DNA of 64,000 bases from Cyanophora paradoxa CCMP329 (taxonomy: Eukaryota > Plantae > Glaucophyta). Position 1 is the stretch's first letter. The number at the start of each line of letters is the position of its first letter. This document shows positions 13,001 to 26,343 of this stretch, piece by piece. A program made the position numbers and the translations under genes. The stretch spans positions 62,001 through 126,000 of the forward strand of contig QPMI01000491.1 in assembly GCA_004431415.1 (NCBI GenBank). Reading direction: 5' to 3'. The notes beneath the pieces are model-generated. The model was not told the origin of the DNA. It made no database searches and was given only the letters and a program-made list of their open reading frames with translations.

Positions 13001-16000
13001 CGCTTCCCTTCCGCCTTGCAGGTATCATATAGGTGAGCAGATCTCTTTCAGTGAAGAAGCACATTGCGCGTGCGTGCCCCATCGAGAACGACGCTTCGGA
13101 ATTTCCTCTTTTCAGTTATCACGATCGATCCCGCGGGAGCCGTTCGCGGGTATATCAACGGAGTCGAGGGCACCGCAACTCAAGCGACAACCGGCCGTGA
13201 GATTCCGCCTATCCGGGCAGTCACCCGCACGAAGCACTGGATAGGTGCGGAAGCGTGCAGCCTCCGTGCTCTTTTTATATCTCTCGATATTCTATGTCTC
13301 ATTTGCATTTACTTCAATGTGCAACAGGCAAGTCGCTATGGGCGACGCCAGGTCTTTTGGACCCCTCTGCCATGAAGGGAGTGTACCTTGGCGGATTCAG
13401 GCTCTGGGGCAACGTACTCACCGCGGCCGACGCGAAATCCCTTGCAAACAAGGGGCAGGCCCCCGGAAGGCTGCACCTGTACTACAAGTTCGACGAAATC
13501 TTCACGAGCGGCGTGCGTGCTGTTTCTATCTTCTATACATATATTTACTCTGCTTTGAGTTTCTACTGCTCGCCCAGATCACCTTTGGAACCGTTGCGGA
13601 TTATTCGGGGAACAACCGGTGCGTCGCTTTGAAAACAATTCGATAACGTGATTATGAATTAACGACCGGCCACGCCCGATCAGCAATGCTTTAATGATCG
13701 GAGATTTGGAACTGGTCGTCGCGGAGACGGAGACCAACACCACAACGACTTCATTTACGCCTATGTCCACGCCGTCGGTGCGCATGCATCGCCCCGGCCC
13801 GCGGTGCACATAATGGCGTGTGCTGCATTGCTGAAGGCCCCCCCCCCCCCCCCCCCTCCCCTCTCGCGAATTCCGGGATCCTCTGCAGATCCAGAATCCC
13901 AATGCAGACGTGAAGCGCTATGAGGTTCATATCGACTGATCTCGGATACTATGGCTAGGCCTGATGGTTGACTATAAATTGATCTCGACGTCGATGCTGC
14001 AGGCCAAGATCACGCTCAACGTAGCCAATCCCTCGACATGGACGGGCTTCGTCTCTTTGAACGCAACCTGCTCTGCCACCTCCCTTGTACAAGCTCCACT
14101 TAAATCGTTTATCATCCAGTGGCACTTATTGACGTTCATTTTCGTGTGCAGCCTGCCGGCATCCAGCTGCCCCCGTCGACGCAAGTGTTCGGACCTCGTC
14201 CTTTCCTGCTCCCGCCGCGCAGGGTCCTGCAGATCTCGCTGGAAAAGTCGTTCCTGCCGCCCAACTCGCAGCTCAACTGCACACTCTTCGTCACCACTAT
14301 GGACGGGCCGGAGCCCAAGATCATTGCTCAAGCAGAGCTTCAGTTTCAGACCGGCCCCGTCCCCCCGGCGCCACCGCTCGCACCGCCACCTCCGGCGTTG
14401 ATGCACTTCACGACCAAGTCCCTCTTGGTGCAGGTGCGCGGGTAACTCGCCTTTAAACCTTTTCTCAACTCCTCAGCACCTTCCTTTACGCGCGCAGATT
14501 ATCATGCAGAAGGAGCTGGCGTGGCCGCCCCTAACGAAGTGCGACCTCTACGTCATGGCCAGAGATTCCGTCGGAGATTCAGTAGTCGGCCACGTCATTG
14601 CCACGGAACTGGATACGCGCTGGGGCCGCCTCGTGAGCGTAAAGGGCCTCGAAGCCTCTTCAAATTACACGTTCATGATCACCCGGCCCGCTTCCCTTCA
14701 GCCCCTAGCTCTGCCTTACCGTTCGCAGGTTTTTCTCGCGCTGCTGGAACAACCTCGAGACGGGCCCGGTGTCGCGAATGGTCACTTTCATGAGTGCGGC
14801 GCATATCAAGCCTTGCGTGGTTCAATCGCCCACAATCGCGCAGCGGATGGCCCCCCACAGGAGCCCTTCGCTCCGGTGCGCTTCGCAGTGTCGGTGGAAG
14901 TCAGCTCTCAGAAGGCCTCGGTGCACTGGAAGAGTTCTTCGCAATAAATTTACATTTACGTGAGACTGCAGATTGAAATCGGCATTCCTCGTCCAATCAT
15001 TCCCAAGCACATCGCGGCCGCAACTCCACCCAACACGTTCAACTGTTCAATCATCTTTGTCGAGTTCAACGGAAAACCCATCGAGGTGCATCCCGGCATT
15101 TTCTGCAGCTGTCCCGTTAACGTTGTTGCCTTTCAAATATTCGCCTGACCGTGATCTGATATCGATATAATTTGTTTGCATACAGGGCCGGGGACCCACA
15201 GTGCCGCTGGAGGCCTACGTCGGCGAAACGGTGCTGCGCCGGAAGATCGATTCCTTCACCGTCGGCTCGCAGGAACAGGTATGCATGTGCAGCCTTACGC
15301 TTCTCAGCGAGCGGGGAATAAGACGTCGGACACGCAGCAGATGGTTACCGTAGGGCGATACAAGATTGCGACATCGTGTTCCAACAGGTTCGGCCGGCGT
15401 GACGGCGGCTGGATCCCCATCGACATCTTCAGTGCGCGCTCCCGCTGTCGATTTGAAATTGCAGTTGCAAATGGGGCGAGCGAGCTGATTGCCAGCAGAC
15501 CTGGAGCCGCCGCCGTCGCCGGGCTTCGCCGTCATGCCGCGCACCTTCGGCGCCAGCGTTCTGATCGACCCGCTGTACATAGTCGCGCCGGGCCTCGAGT
15601 TCTGCGCGGGCTACATCGCCGACGCCGAGGTCTTCCGCGTCACCAAGGCCGACGACATGTGGTGCTACAAGCCCCTCCAGAGCGTTGACGTTGAGACCTG
15701 CGGCTCCAAGGCAGTGAAGAACGGCGGCATCCCCTCCGCGCTCGCAAACCTCCTTCCGGGAACCACGTACACCGTCGAGGTGCCCGGCCTGGGGCACACC
15801 AATCACACAGTTTTGACTCAATGACTTTGTGCTCTCCTAACCAGGTTGCCTGCTCGAATGCGAACGGGCGGGGCGAGAGCAAATCACAAACGTTTACAAC
15901 TAAAGGTCAGCTCTGCCCGACCACTGATTCGATATCAATCAAAGCGATTTGCGATCGAATGAAACTCACACACAACCTTGCAATTAGCTTTGCCCCCGCC

Positions 16001-19000
16001 CAAGAACCTTGTCGTTAGGAGGGCCGAGGTGCGATCGGGTTTGAAGACGGTTACTATTTCCGAGCTGATCATGACCTTGACATCTGCAGTCCCAATATGT
16101 CACTGTATACTTTGATATGCAGTACGGACCCGCAGGGGGTGACCAAGGTATAAAGCACTTCTCTCCCAGACTTTACGTGGAATCAGCGTGCTCATCAATA
16201 ATTATTTGATTCTTTGCAGTGACGAGGTGCCATATGCTCATTAACGGGACGGACGCCGGTGCGCGCGAACCGCGATTGGCGATTCCGATGCGAGTAATTT
16301 TAATTTCACATCCAAATCTTCTGCGCATTCAGGAGGACTTAATTTCACGGCGGAGATGGGCCAGCCGAGCAACCTGACCATGTCCAGCTCTATCAGCGTC
16401 CAGGAGCTGTCGGCAAAGCGGCCGTACTATGTCCAGGTGGCGTGCGGCCGCCGCGAGGGCCTCTCCAACTACACGGACCCAGTCGTCTTCGCGACCCGCG
16501 AGAGCGGTGCATGGGCTTCAATTTAAATTCGTTCCGCCCACGTTCGCTCATAATCCAACCCCATCCCGTATGCGTAGCCGTCCAGCTGAGTCCTCAGACC
16601 ACAAAGGATCTTATCTCCACTGCTGACGGTGCGCGTGTTTGATTTCGACCCGGTACACGTGCATGGAGGGACGCGGCGAAACTTTTCGCAGGAAAGCTGA
16701 TGGCTTCGACGCCGCTCGCCTTGGCGAAGGACACTTGCCTCTCGCAGTCGAAATCCGAATGCATCTACAAGCCGCCGACAGTGCAGCCAACAACCGGCGA
16801 TCGCGATGCTGCTGCAGTGCTCGCAGCTGAAAAGGAGGCAGTGAAGCTGAAAAAGGAAAAGTGCGGGGAGACCTGCGAGCCTGGGGCAGACGGCAAAGTC
16901 ACGTGCACGAAAGATTTCCCGGGTGCGCCTGCAGTTGACGGAAGCATCGCCGGCTACTTACCTCTCTTTCTGGCAGAATACTGGACGAAGCCCGAGTGCC
17001 CTCTTGCAACGACAACTTCCGTTACGTCTACCCAGAGTGCGCTCTTATTGTCGCGCATGTAAACGCAGCTTCTTCGCGTGTATATTTACTCCGCGTCGCC
17101 GGCGCCGGCAGTGCCGGGAACGATCGCTCCCACGCAGCGCCGTTCGATGCTGGCTGGCAGGGCGGGCGCAAGCGTCGGCAGCGGCGAGGCGCCGGCGGGT
17201 GCGGAGTGCCATGAGTACGAGGACACCCGTGGCGAGTCGGTGAAGGGGAACATAGTCCGCGCGTGCTACCGAAAGTCAGCCCGCGCGCCCGCACGCCGCT
17301 CGCTGCTCTAGATCTAAAGCGCGCTCGGTTGCAGCGGCAAGCTCGTCTCCTCGACCTACATCCTCGCATCGTGCGCAAGTTTCATCTCTCCCTCTGTTCG
17401 AATTTTAGTAAAGGACCGACCCGTGCGTTTACATGGACAGGGCCAACATTCAGACGGTAGTGGCCGCACGAAAGTTTACCCCCGCACCCTGTCCTCGGAG
17501 CTGACCGCGCGCCCACGCAGAACGAGAGAGGGGAGGTAACCGCCAGCATTCCGGACGACCTTCCCCCACCCGAGTACCTCGCTCCGAAGGGCGTACGCGC
17601 CCGCCACCTGCTTCAGACCCTCCCCGGCCCCGTCTTCGCCAACGGCGCCCTGCTCGGTGCGCGCTCTGCGTCAATGCTTTAGACACGCTCATGGATGGAG
17701 CGTTAATGTTGGCTTTCACAGGCATGACGACGACGGTGAGCTGGTTGTAGCTTCGAGCCATCGACCCTCTCCGGGGTTTTTTTACACCACTCGCAGGACT
17801 TGGCGAGCGGGGAGTCGACGACTGTCGAAGGAGTGCGTGCACGCGCAACGTGTTTTGGTACCCTCGAATTAATAATCGATTTCGCAGGCCATGCAGTTTA
17901 AGCCACGCCCCGTCGGTGTGTTTGCGAATCGATTCTGACACGACCGCGTGGCGGGGGACGTTCCATGATCGCGATAATGACATCCGAACAGGCCTCGCGG
18001 CGCCAAGCTTCCCTCGCGTCGTGGCCACGACCTTCCGCTCCGTCTCCGTTGCGTTCACTGTCCCCGTCAACGAGGCGTACGACGTCGTGTCCGGACAGTC
18101 CATCCCGATCTCGAAGGTGCGTGAACTCGCTGCGGCGCGATTCTAGAGCTGACTCTTCAATTCTGGCCTAGTGCTCTCTGCTCTCGCTCGGGGTGGACTC
18201 GACCGGCGCGGAATCGGCCGCGGAGGTCGCCAGCGGCGTGCCGACGCGAGCGAGCGAGATGTCAATGATGGTGGACCGCCTAGCCGCGAACACGGCCTAC
18301 CGCATGGTCGCCGTGTGCAGCAACTCGATCGGAAGCAGCCCGCGGAGCGCGGTTGTCGCTTTCACCACGCCAGGTTCGCCGCCGCGAACTCTAATAAATC
18401 TGACGCTGAAACTCACCCTCAACCGCAGCGATGGGCATCCAGCTGGACTTCGACTCAATCGGGAGCCTGAGCATGGACGGCAGCTTCGTCGCGAACGCGC
18501 CCATCAAGCTCTTCCCGCCCATGGCCGCCGCTGCCGACCGTCGGGCCTGCCTAGCGGGCACATTCTTCGCTGTCCCTCGCGTGAGTCGAACTCAGAGAAA
18601 TTAAGAGCCGGCGCCTTTGAATTTCGGGGGCTCAAATTTATCTGCAGGTCGAGATCGGGCGCTTCAGCCGAGGCTCCTTCACCGATGCCATCACTGTCGA
18701 CGCGTCGCTCAACCCGCCCATCCCAGAGAGGAGCACGGAACCCTCGACCTCCGTCTGTTTCGGTGAGCGAACGACATTATGATTCACGGAGCACGGAAGC
18801 CATTGTCGTTGATTATGGTTGTTCGGCACATGCGCAGTGATTCCAGCGAGTCCCTACGCGGCGTCCGCGCGCCCCGCGCGGCACCTGCTCGTCCTGTCGA
18901 CGGGCGCCGCCCACTCGCTCCGCGTGACGGACGTGCAGACGGGCTCCAGCGTCGTCGTGCAGAACGTGCGCTATATTCTCTGGCATGGGAATGCGATACT

Positions 19001-20059
19001 TTGCCCTGCTCTGATTAGACTTCTTCGAATGGACGTTGACAGGCCGTCATTTGGCGACCGGCCGGCGCGATCGACGCCAACCGCACGGGGCTCAACTGCT
19101 CGAGCTTCGGCGCGATTCGCAGCTGCTCCGGCAACAAGCTCCGCCGCCTCTCGGCTCACTTGAGCTCCAATTCCACTGCGGACTTTTTCATCGCGGGCAC
19201 GTTCGGCGTCGTCCCCACCAGCGTGAGCTCGCGTGGCCCTCCGAAAGTGTATCCGAGCTGAAGTTGAAGCCGCTGCTCAGGTGATGTTCGGCCAGTTCGA
19301 TCTTTCGACGGCTGCGGCCGTCTGCGCCCACCCCGCCGCAAACGTCCGCCTGTGCAACGGCGGCCTCTGCTTCGGTGCGCGAAACCGGCCCCAACCGCCC
19401 GCGGCCGCCCGAACTGACCGCCACGCTCGAGCAGACCTTCCGATGTCCCCTCCGTTGGACTGCGCCTTGGGCACGGGAAGAATGGCCGCGGGCCGCAGCC
19501 TTCTCCTCGCAAGCGAAAAGACGTACGACCTGCGCATCGATCAAGCCGACGGCGAGCAGACTCTCGTCACCAACGTGTGCCCGTTTATGCAGTTCATACA
19601 CCTAGATCCGATAAAATCTATCACAAAGTCTTTTATTTATCTATCTAGATCTGCCAGCGCTGTTCACGCGATCCCGACACTTGCGCAGTTTGTGCAGTGG
19701 CAAGTGGCGCCGACGACTCTGTCGGCGTGGTCCGGATCGCAGGCTGCAGCCCCTCAGCCCGGAGGCAGCAACACGTCCCACATCGGACTCGGCCTCGGCC
19801 TCGGGCTCGGCCTGGTTCGCGTCGCACGTCCTGTACTCGTCCGACACCTCTGATCGACCTCTGCCTTCTGCAGGGCGCAGTGCTGCTGCTCGTGGGCGGC
19901 ATCTGGGGGTACCACTACTATCGGCGCAGCAGCGCCCAGTGGAGCCGCAAGTCCCGTCCTAGGCCTGCAGCCGGCACCGGGGCCGACCCGCCGCCCCCAT
20001 CCACCCTCTCGAGATCGGGCCGGAACGAGCCGCAAAATCCGACAACGATTTACATGTAG
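7063..20059 (+). CDS. Type I membrane protein: signal peptide, about 4 LamG/ConA-like domains, several FN3-like domains, TM, short tail (many introns)
   Basis: Signal peptide AVIISFALLVTIASFGNCNA. Repeated LamG motifs after splicing (WTKILDFG, WYHIVI..DGSV..YLNG, YIGKSNW, GFRMYS..LT.TDVA.LY..LFYKFDE) at about 7.4, 9.3, 10.8 and 12.1 kb. FN3 motifs (LANLLPGTTYTVEVACSNANG; LAANTAYRMVAVCSNSIGSS). TM HIGLGLGLGLGL|GAVLLLVGGIWGY followed by RR. Confidence 0.8.
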
Positions 20060-20350
20060 TTAGCTCCGACGATTGACATTCACATGCATAAATGTGTAAG
20101 CGCCTCCCTGGCGCGTGCACGGGTACAAGACAGAGTCCTTGAACGGTGTCTGGTCCCGCGTGCACGTGTGTCGAGTTTCGAATATCAATTCGCGCGTTGA
20201 GCGCACAGATCCGGTTTGACACGCTAGGGTTCTGAGCTTCGTGGTCTGAATTAAAATGGGCCGCCACGGCCCGCGCCGAGTCCCGATCAGATGGGCGCGC
20301 CCGGCCGCTGGAGCCGCAGGCCCGCGCAGCGCCTGTATAGGGCGCTCCAG

Positions 20351-23300
20351 TCAGCCGCGCCAGGGACGCGGGGAAAAGGAGGAGGGGTACCGGGAGATCA
20401 TGAAGAAGTAGAGGAGGAACAGGGCCCCTGAAGCGCGGCGGTGAGGCGAGAGGAAGGGGGGGTGGGGAAGCGGTCGGGGCGTACCGAAGAAAAGGGCGTT
20501 GAGGAAGCAGAGGCGGGCGGCCGCCGAACGGCGGAGGGCACGCCCCACCCGCGCCCTGCGCGCGCAAGCTTCAGAATTCGAAGGGGGGGTGAGGGGGTGT
20601 GTGGAGAGGGGTTTCGAAGGGGTACGGGTACGCACGTGCGAACGTCGAAGCCGCGGGCGATGCCGCGCACACGGCGAGAAGCGGCCGAGTCGGGACCCCC
20701 GAAGACTCCCCACGGCACCAGCGTCGCCGTGGGCCGGTACCCGTCCAGCTCTGCCGATACCGTATGCGTCGATAGAGGGATGGGGGGGGATGAAGGGACG
20801 GGGGTACCGCGCTCGGAGTCGGAGTCGGACTCCTCGGGGTCCTCGGGGGAGGGTGCGAAGCCGACGTCACGGGGCCGCAGTTTCTTTTTTTAGAGAGGGG
20901 GGGGGTGAGCGGGAGCGGGGTACGCGAAAGGAAGGGGCGCACCCGGGCCTGGCGGTCGATGAGGGAGTGGAGGAGGGTACTCTCGGTGGGGCCCTCCTGC
21001 AGCCTTGAGGCGAGGTCCGAGGCCCGCGCCTGGGGGGGACGGATCAGGGGGAGGGGAGGTCCGGGGGGTACGCGGCGGACCGAGGAGCCGTCGAAGGGGG
21101 GTATGTCGAGGGCGCGGGAGGAGTTGGAGGAGGGGAGGGAGGGGGCGGCGCCGGGGATCGTCGGCTGCCCCGAGGCGTGCAGCCGCTGCAGCAGCTCCCG
21201 GCTGTCCGCCACGAGCCGCTGCGCCGAAAGTCAGGGGGGGGGAGTGGAGAGCGGCGCGGCGCCCCGCCCCCTGGGGGTACGGACGTCGATGCGGTCCTGC
21301 TTGGCCTGGAGCTGCCCCTCGAGCTCGGCGCGCTCGGCGGCCCAGCGGCGCGCCTCCTCTTCCTTCTCCGCCAGCCGCCGCTCGAGGTCCGCCGCCGCGG
21401 GGGCCCCCGGCAGGCTCGCCGCCTCGGGGCCCCCCGGCGGGCTCCAGCCCACGGGCGTCCCCACCGCCCACCCGTCCGCCCCCCGGCTCGGCGTCGCCGG
21501 CTCGGGCGAGAGCTGCGCGGCGGTCAGAGGGGCGGAGCGCGCGGGGGCGGGGGCGGGCCGCCTCTCACCGGCGCGGCGCGGGCGGCTGCGGGGGTCGCCG
21601 CGGGGCGGCGGCGGCCTCCGCGGCCTGCGCCGCCGCCGCCGCCCTCGCGGCGCGCTCCGCAGAGGCGACGGCGGCGGCCTTCTCCCGCTCCAGGCGCTCC
21701 ACCTCGTCCTGCCCCGCCCCGCCCTCGGTCAGGCGGGCGGGCGGCGGAGAGGAGGCGAAGCAGGGCCGGCCGGGCGCGCCTGGAGCTCCTTGGCGCGGGC
21801 GCGCAGGCGCTGGGCCTCGGCGGCGAGCCCCGCGGAGCGCTCGGCGGCGGCGCGCGCCGCCGCCTCGGCCGAGGCCTTCTCGTCCCGCGCCTGCTGGGCG
21901 GCGGCCTCGGCCCTGCGCGAGGACTCGCGCTGCTCCTTGAGGCGCCCCGCCAGCCGCTCGAGCTCCGCCGCGCGGCCGTCGAGCTCCGCCCGCAGCGCCT
22001 CGCGCGAGGCCCGCAGCGACTCGACCTCCTCCTGCCTCCCCTGCAGCTCCGTCGCCATCTGCGGACCCCTCAGCCCGATCCGAAGATAGACGCAAAAGAG
22101 GGGGCCTGGGCGCACGCGGAGGCGCTCGGCGGCGACCTCCTCGACGGCGCGGCGCTGGCCCTCGACGGTGAGCCGCAGCTGGCCCGCCTCGCTCCGCGCC
22201 CGCTCCAGCTCCGCCGCCTCGTCTCCCATCCTGCCCGCCGCTAAGCACGCGCGCGGGCGCGGGCGAGGGGGTGTGGGGGGCACCGGGCGCGCTCGGCGGC
22301 GGCGGCGCGGGCGGCCTCCTCGCGGGCGCGGGCCTCGGCCTCCCTGCGGGCGGCCTCGAGGGCCGCCTCGAGCCGCTCGCGCTCGGCCTCCAGGCGGGAG
22401 GCCTCCTGGCTCTTCGCCATCAGCTTCATCGCCAGCTCCGACACGTTCAGGGCTGCCGCACGCGAGTCGGACGGGCCGAGTCGGGCCTAGGCGGGGGGCG
22501 GGGGAGCGCGCACAGTTCTGGTGGAGGCGCCCCGTGAGCTCCTCGGCCTCGGCCGCCGCGCGCTCGGCCTGCGCTGCGAGGCGCCCCCGCTCCGCCTCCG
22601 CCGCGTCCCGCTCCGCCGCCAGCCGCAGCGCCGCCTCCGCGTGCGCCTTCAGCTCTCGCCGCGCCGCCTCCTCGCGCCCCTCCGCCGCCGCCTCCCGCCG
22701 CCGCGCCTCCTCCGCCGCCCGCGCCCGCGCCGCCTCGGCCGCCGCGAGCTCGTCGCCCAGGCGCGCCATTTGCGAGCGGAGCCGCCCGGACTCGGCCTCC
22801 GCCACCGCCAGCCGCGCCCGCAGCCCCGCCCCGCCCTCCTCCCCGCCCTCGCCCTCGCCGCCCTCGCCGCCGCTGCCGCCGCCGGCGCCGGCGGAGAGCG
22901 AAGCGACGAGCGCCCCGAGCTTGCCGCGCTCGGCGGCGAACTCCTCCTCGGCGGCGCGCGCCGAGGCGCGGGCCGCCGCGAGCGCCCCCTCCGCCTCCTC
23001 CACCGCCGCCATCGCCGCCACCGCCTGCCACCGCCGCCCCTTCAGAGGCGGGCTGCGGACGGCCGGAGGAGGGTACCGCACCCGCATCTCGGCGCGCTCG
23101 GCGCGCTCCTTCCACTCGCTGGGGAGGGTCTCGAACTCGGGGGCGCCGGCGCCGGCGGCGCCCGGCTCGCCCTTCAGCTGCGCCACGATCCGCTGGAGCG
23201 CCGCCACCTCCTGCCGCCCGCACGGAGTGAGCCGGGGCACGGGCGGCCCGGCTCGGTCCGGCCGCGCGGCACCTGGCGCATGGTGGCGTTCTCGCGGGCC

Positions 23301-26300
23301 ATGGCGTCGGCGCGGTCGCGGCCGCGGGCCCCCTCCGCCGCCGCCCCCTCCAGCGCCCTCGCCCGCTCGATCAGCGCCAGGTTCTCGTCCCTGCCACGGC
23401 CCGCCCCGTCAGAGGCGATCGACCTTGTACGCGGCACGAGAAGAAGGCACCGGATGCCGGCGACGAAGGCCTTCAGCTCGCCGACCTCGGCCTGCAGGTC
23501 CTCCTTCTCCTCCGCGAGCCGCCGGTTCGCCTCCTGCACCTTGGCCGCCCGCTCGCGCACGCGGAAGGCCTCCTGCTGCGTGCTCTTGATCTGCTCGGCC
23601 AGGCCGGCGTTGTCCTCCCGCAGGCGCTCCACCTCCCGCGCAGCCTCCCGCAGCTGCGCGCCCGCCCCAGGCGCTCAGGTGGGACCGTGGCCCGGGATAG
23701 AGGCATCGCACCCGCTTCTCGAGCTCCTCGGCGCCGGAGCCGGAGCCGGCCGGGGCGGCGGCCGCCGCCGCCGCCTCCTTGTCCTCCTGGAACTTGCGCA
23801 GGAGCGCCGCCATGCGCTCGTTCGCCTGCCGCTGCACCAGCGCCCCCTGCTCCGCCTCCGCGCGCGCCGCCTGCGCCAGCGCGCGTCAAAGGGAAGAGGG
23901 GCGGCGGAGCGGCGAAGGAGAGGGCGGGCGGGCCTCGAGGGCGTCGCGCTCGGACTGGAGAGAGGCGAGGAGGCCGTCCGCCGCCTCCTTCTCGAGCCGC
24001 AGCGTCCGCAGCGCCGCCTCCGCTTCCCGCAGCCGCGCCTCCGCCTCCGCCGCCGCGGCCGACGGGGCCGCCGCCTCCTCGGCGACGACGTCCCATCCGT
24101 CGCCGCCCTCGTCGCCCCAGCCGTCCGCCGCCGTCGGGGCCGCCCGCTCCCGCCGCTCGGGCGCCGCCGCCGCCGCCTCCTGCCTCTCGGGGGCCGCGAG
24201 GGCCGCCTCGAGCGCCGCCGCGAGCTCCCGGATGCGCTCCTCTGCGCGACGGGAGCCCCCGTCAGAGACGGAAGGCCGAGGCGGAGGCGGCGGAGGAGGG
24301 GGCGATCCGAGCGCACCGCCCTCGTCCCGCTGGCGCTGCAGCTCCTCGAGGCGCGCCTCCGCCCGGCGCCGCTCCTCCCGCGCCGCCGCCTCCGCCCGCC
24401 GCTCCGCCTCCGCCGCCCGCGCCTCCGCCGCCGCCGCCCGCGCCTCGGCCTCCTCCTTGCCCGCCGTCGACGCCGCCGCCTCCTCCGCCTCTGCCAAACG
24501 GCCCTCAAGCTCGAAGGCACGCGTCTCGGCCTCCGCCAGCCGCCGTCGCGCCTCATCCAGCTCCGCCGCGGCCGCAGCCTCGCCCGCGCCGGCCGAGGAC
24601 GCCGCCTGCGGGGCGCGGTGAATCGGCCGCAGTTCTGTGTGCGCAGGTCGGCCCCCGCACCTCTGCAGCTGCCTCGGCCGCCGCCAGAAGCTCCTTCAGC
24701 TCCGCCGCCCGCGCCTCCGCCGCCGCCGCCCGCGCCTCGGCCTCCTCCTTGCCCGGGGCCGACGCCGCCGCCTCCTCCGCCTCTGCCAAACGGCCCTCGA
24801 GCTCGAACGCACGCGCCTCCGCCTCGGCGGCCCGCGCCTCCACCTCCGCCAGCTGCCGCCGCGCTGCTTCCAGCTCCGCCCCGGCCACAGCCGTATCCCC
24901 GCCGGCCGAGGACGCCGCCTGCGGGGCGCGATGAATCGGCCGCGGTTCTGTGTGCGCAGGCCGGCCCCCGCACCTCTGTAGCCGCCTCGGCCGCCGCCAG
25001 ACGCTCCTTCAGCTCCGCGACACGCGCCTCCGCCGCCGCCGCCCGCGCCTCGGCCTCCTCCTTGCCCGGAGCCGCCGCTGCCGCCTCCTCCGCCTCTGCC
25101 AAGCGGCCCTCGAGCTCGAAGGCACGGGCCTCCGCCTCAGCGGCCCGCGCCTCCGCCTCCGCCAGCTGCCGCCGCGCTGCCTCCAGCTCCGCCCCGGCCG
25201 CCGCCGCGTCCCCGCCGGCCTGCGACGCAGCCTGCCGGGAGATCAGCCGCGGTACTGTGCGGGAAGGCAAATTCCAGCCAAGGCACCTCTGCAGCCGCCT
25301 CGGCCGCCGCGAGACGCTCCGCCAGCTCCGCCGCCCGCGCCTCCGCCGCCGCCGCCTTCGCTTCGGCGTCCGCGGCGCGCGCCGCGGCCTCCTCGCCGCC
25401 GACCGCCGCCTCCTTCGCCGCCTCCAGCGCCCGCTCCGCCGCCGCGGCGCGCTCCTCCGCAGCCGCGCCCCGCGCCTTTGCCTCCGCCAGGGCCGCCGAG
25501 GCCGCCGCCGCCGCCTCCTGCAGCTTCGCCTGCGCCGCCGCCGCGCCCGCCTCTGCGGCGGCCGTCGGCGCTTTTCCTTCGCAGGGGGCGCGGGCATGCG
25601 GCGGGCGCACCGGCTTCGCGCGCGGCCTCCCGCGCAGACTGCACCTCCGCCTGCAGCGCCGAAACGCGCTCCTCTGCGGCGGGAGCCTTCAGGGACGAAG
25701 AAGGTACCCATCAGAGCGGAGCCGCGCACCGAGCGCCCGGCGGGCCTCGTCGTCCTGGCCGGCCGCGGCTTGCTGCGCGGCGCGCTCCGCCGCCGCCGCC
25801 GCCTCTTCCCGCGAGCGCTCCGCTGCGGTGCGCGCTGAGGACGGGCGGGGGCGGCGCGAGGATGGGATGAACGGGGCGGGGCGCACCGGCGGCCTTCGCG
25901 GCTGCGGCCTCTTTCTCTGCAGCCTCCGCGCGCGCGCGCAGCGCAGCTGTTTCTGCGAGGCGATCGTTGGCGGCGAGCCCGGCGCGCCCCGGGCGGCCCC
26001 GCACCCTCGTTCCGCTCCGCAGCTGCCGCCTCTGCCGCCGTGACTCGCGACTCTGCGCGGCGCGGCGCCTGAGCGGGTGGCAAGGAGCGCACCGGCAGGC
26101 ACCGCGCCGCCGCCGCACCGAGGGCCGCCCGCAGCCCGCGGCCTCGCCGGCCGCCGCCTCCGCCGCCGCGGCGCGGGCCTCGGCCTGCGCCAGCCGCTCC
26201 GCCGTGTCCCGCTCGGCCGCCGCGCGCTCCTCCCGCTCCCGCGCCAGCGCCGCCTCCGCCTCTGCCGCCCGCGCCGCCGCCGCGCCCTCACCGTCGCCCT

Positions 26301-26310
26301 CGGCAGGCGA

Positions 26311-26343
<33 letters not shown>

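Noticed and set aside
22521-25838. 1105-aa plus-strand ORF and similar long Arg/Pro/Ala-rich ORFs
   Set aside because: Antisense or off-frame shadows of the GC-rich coiled-coil gene; stop codons are rare at this GC content.
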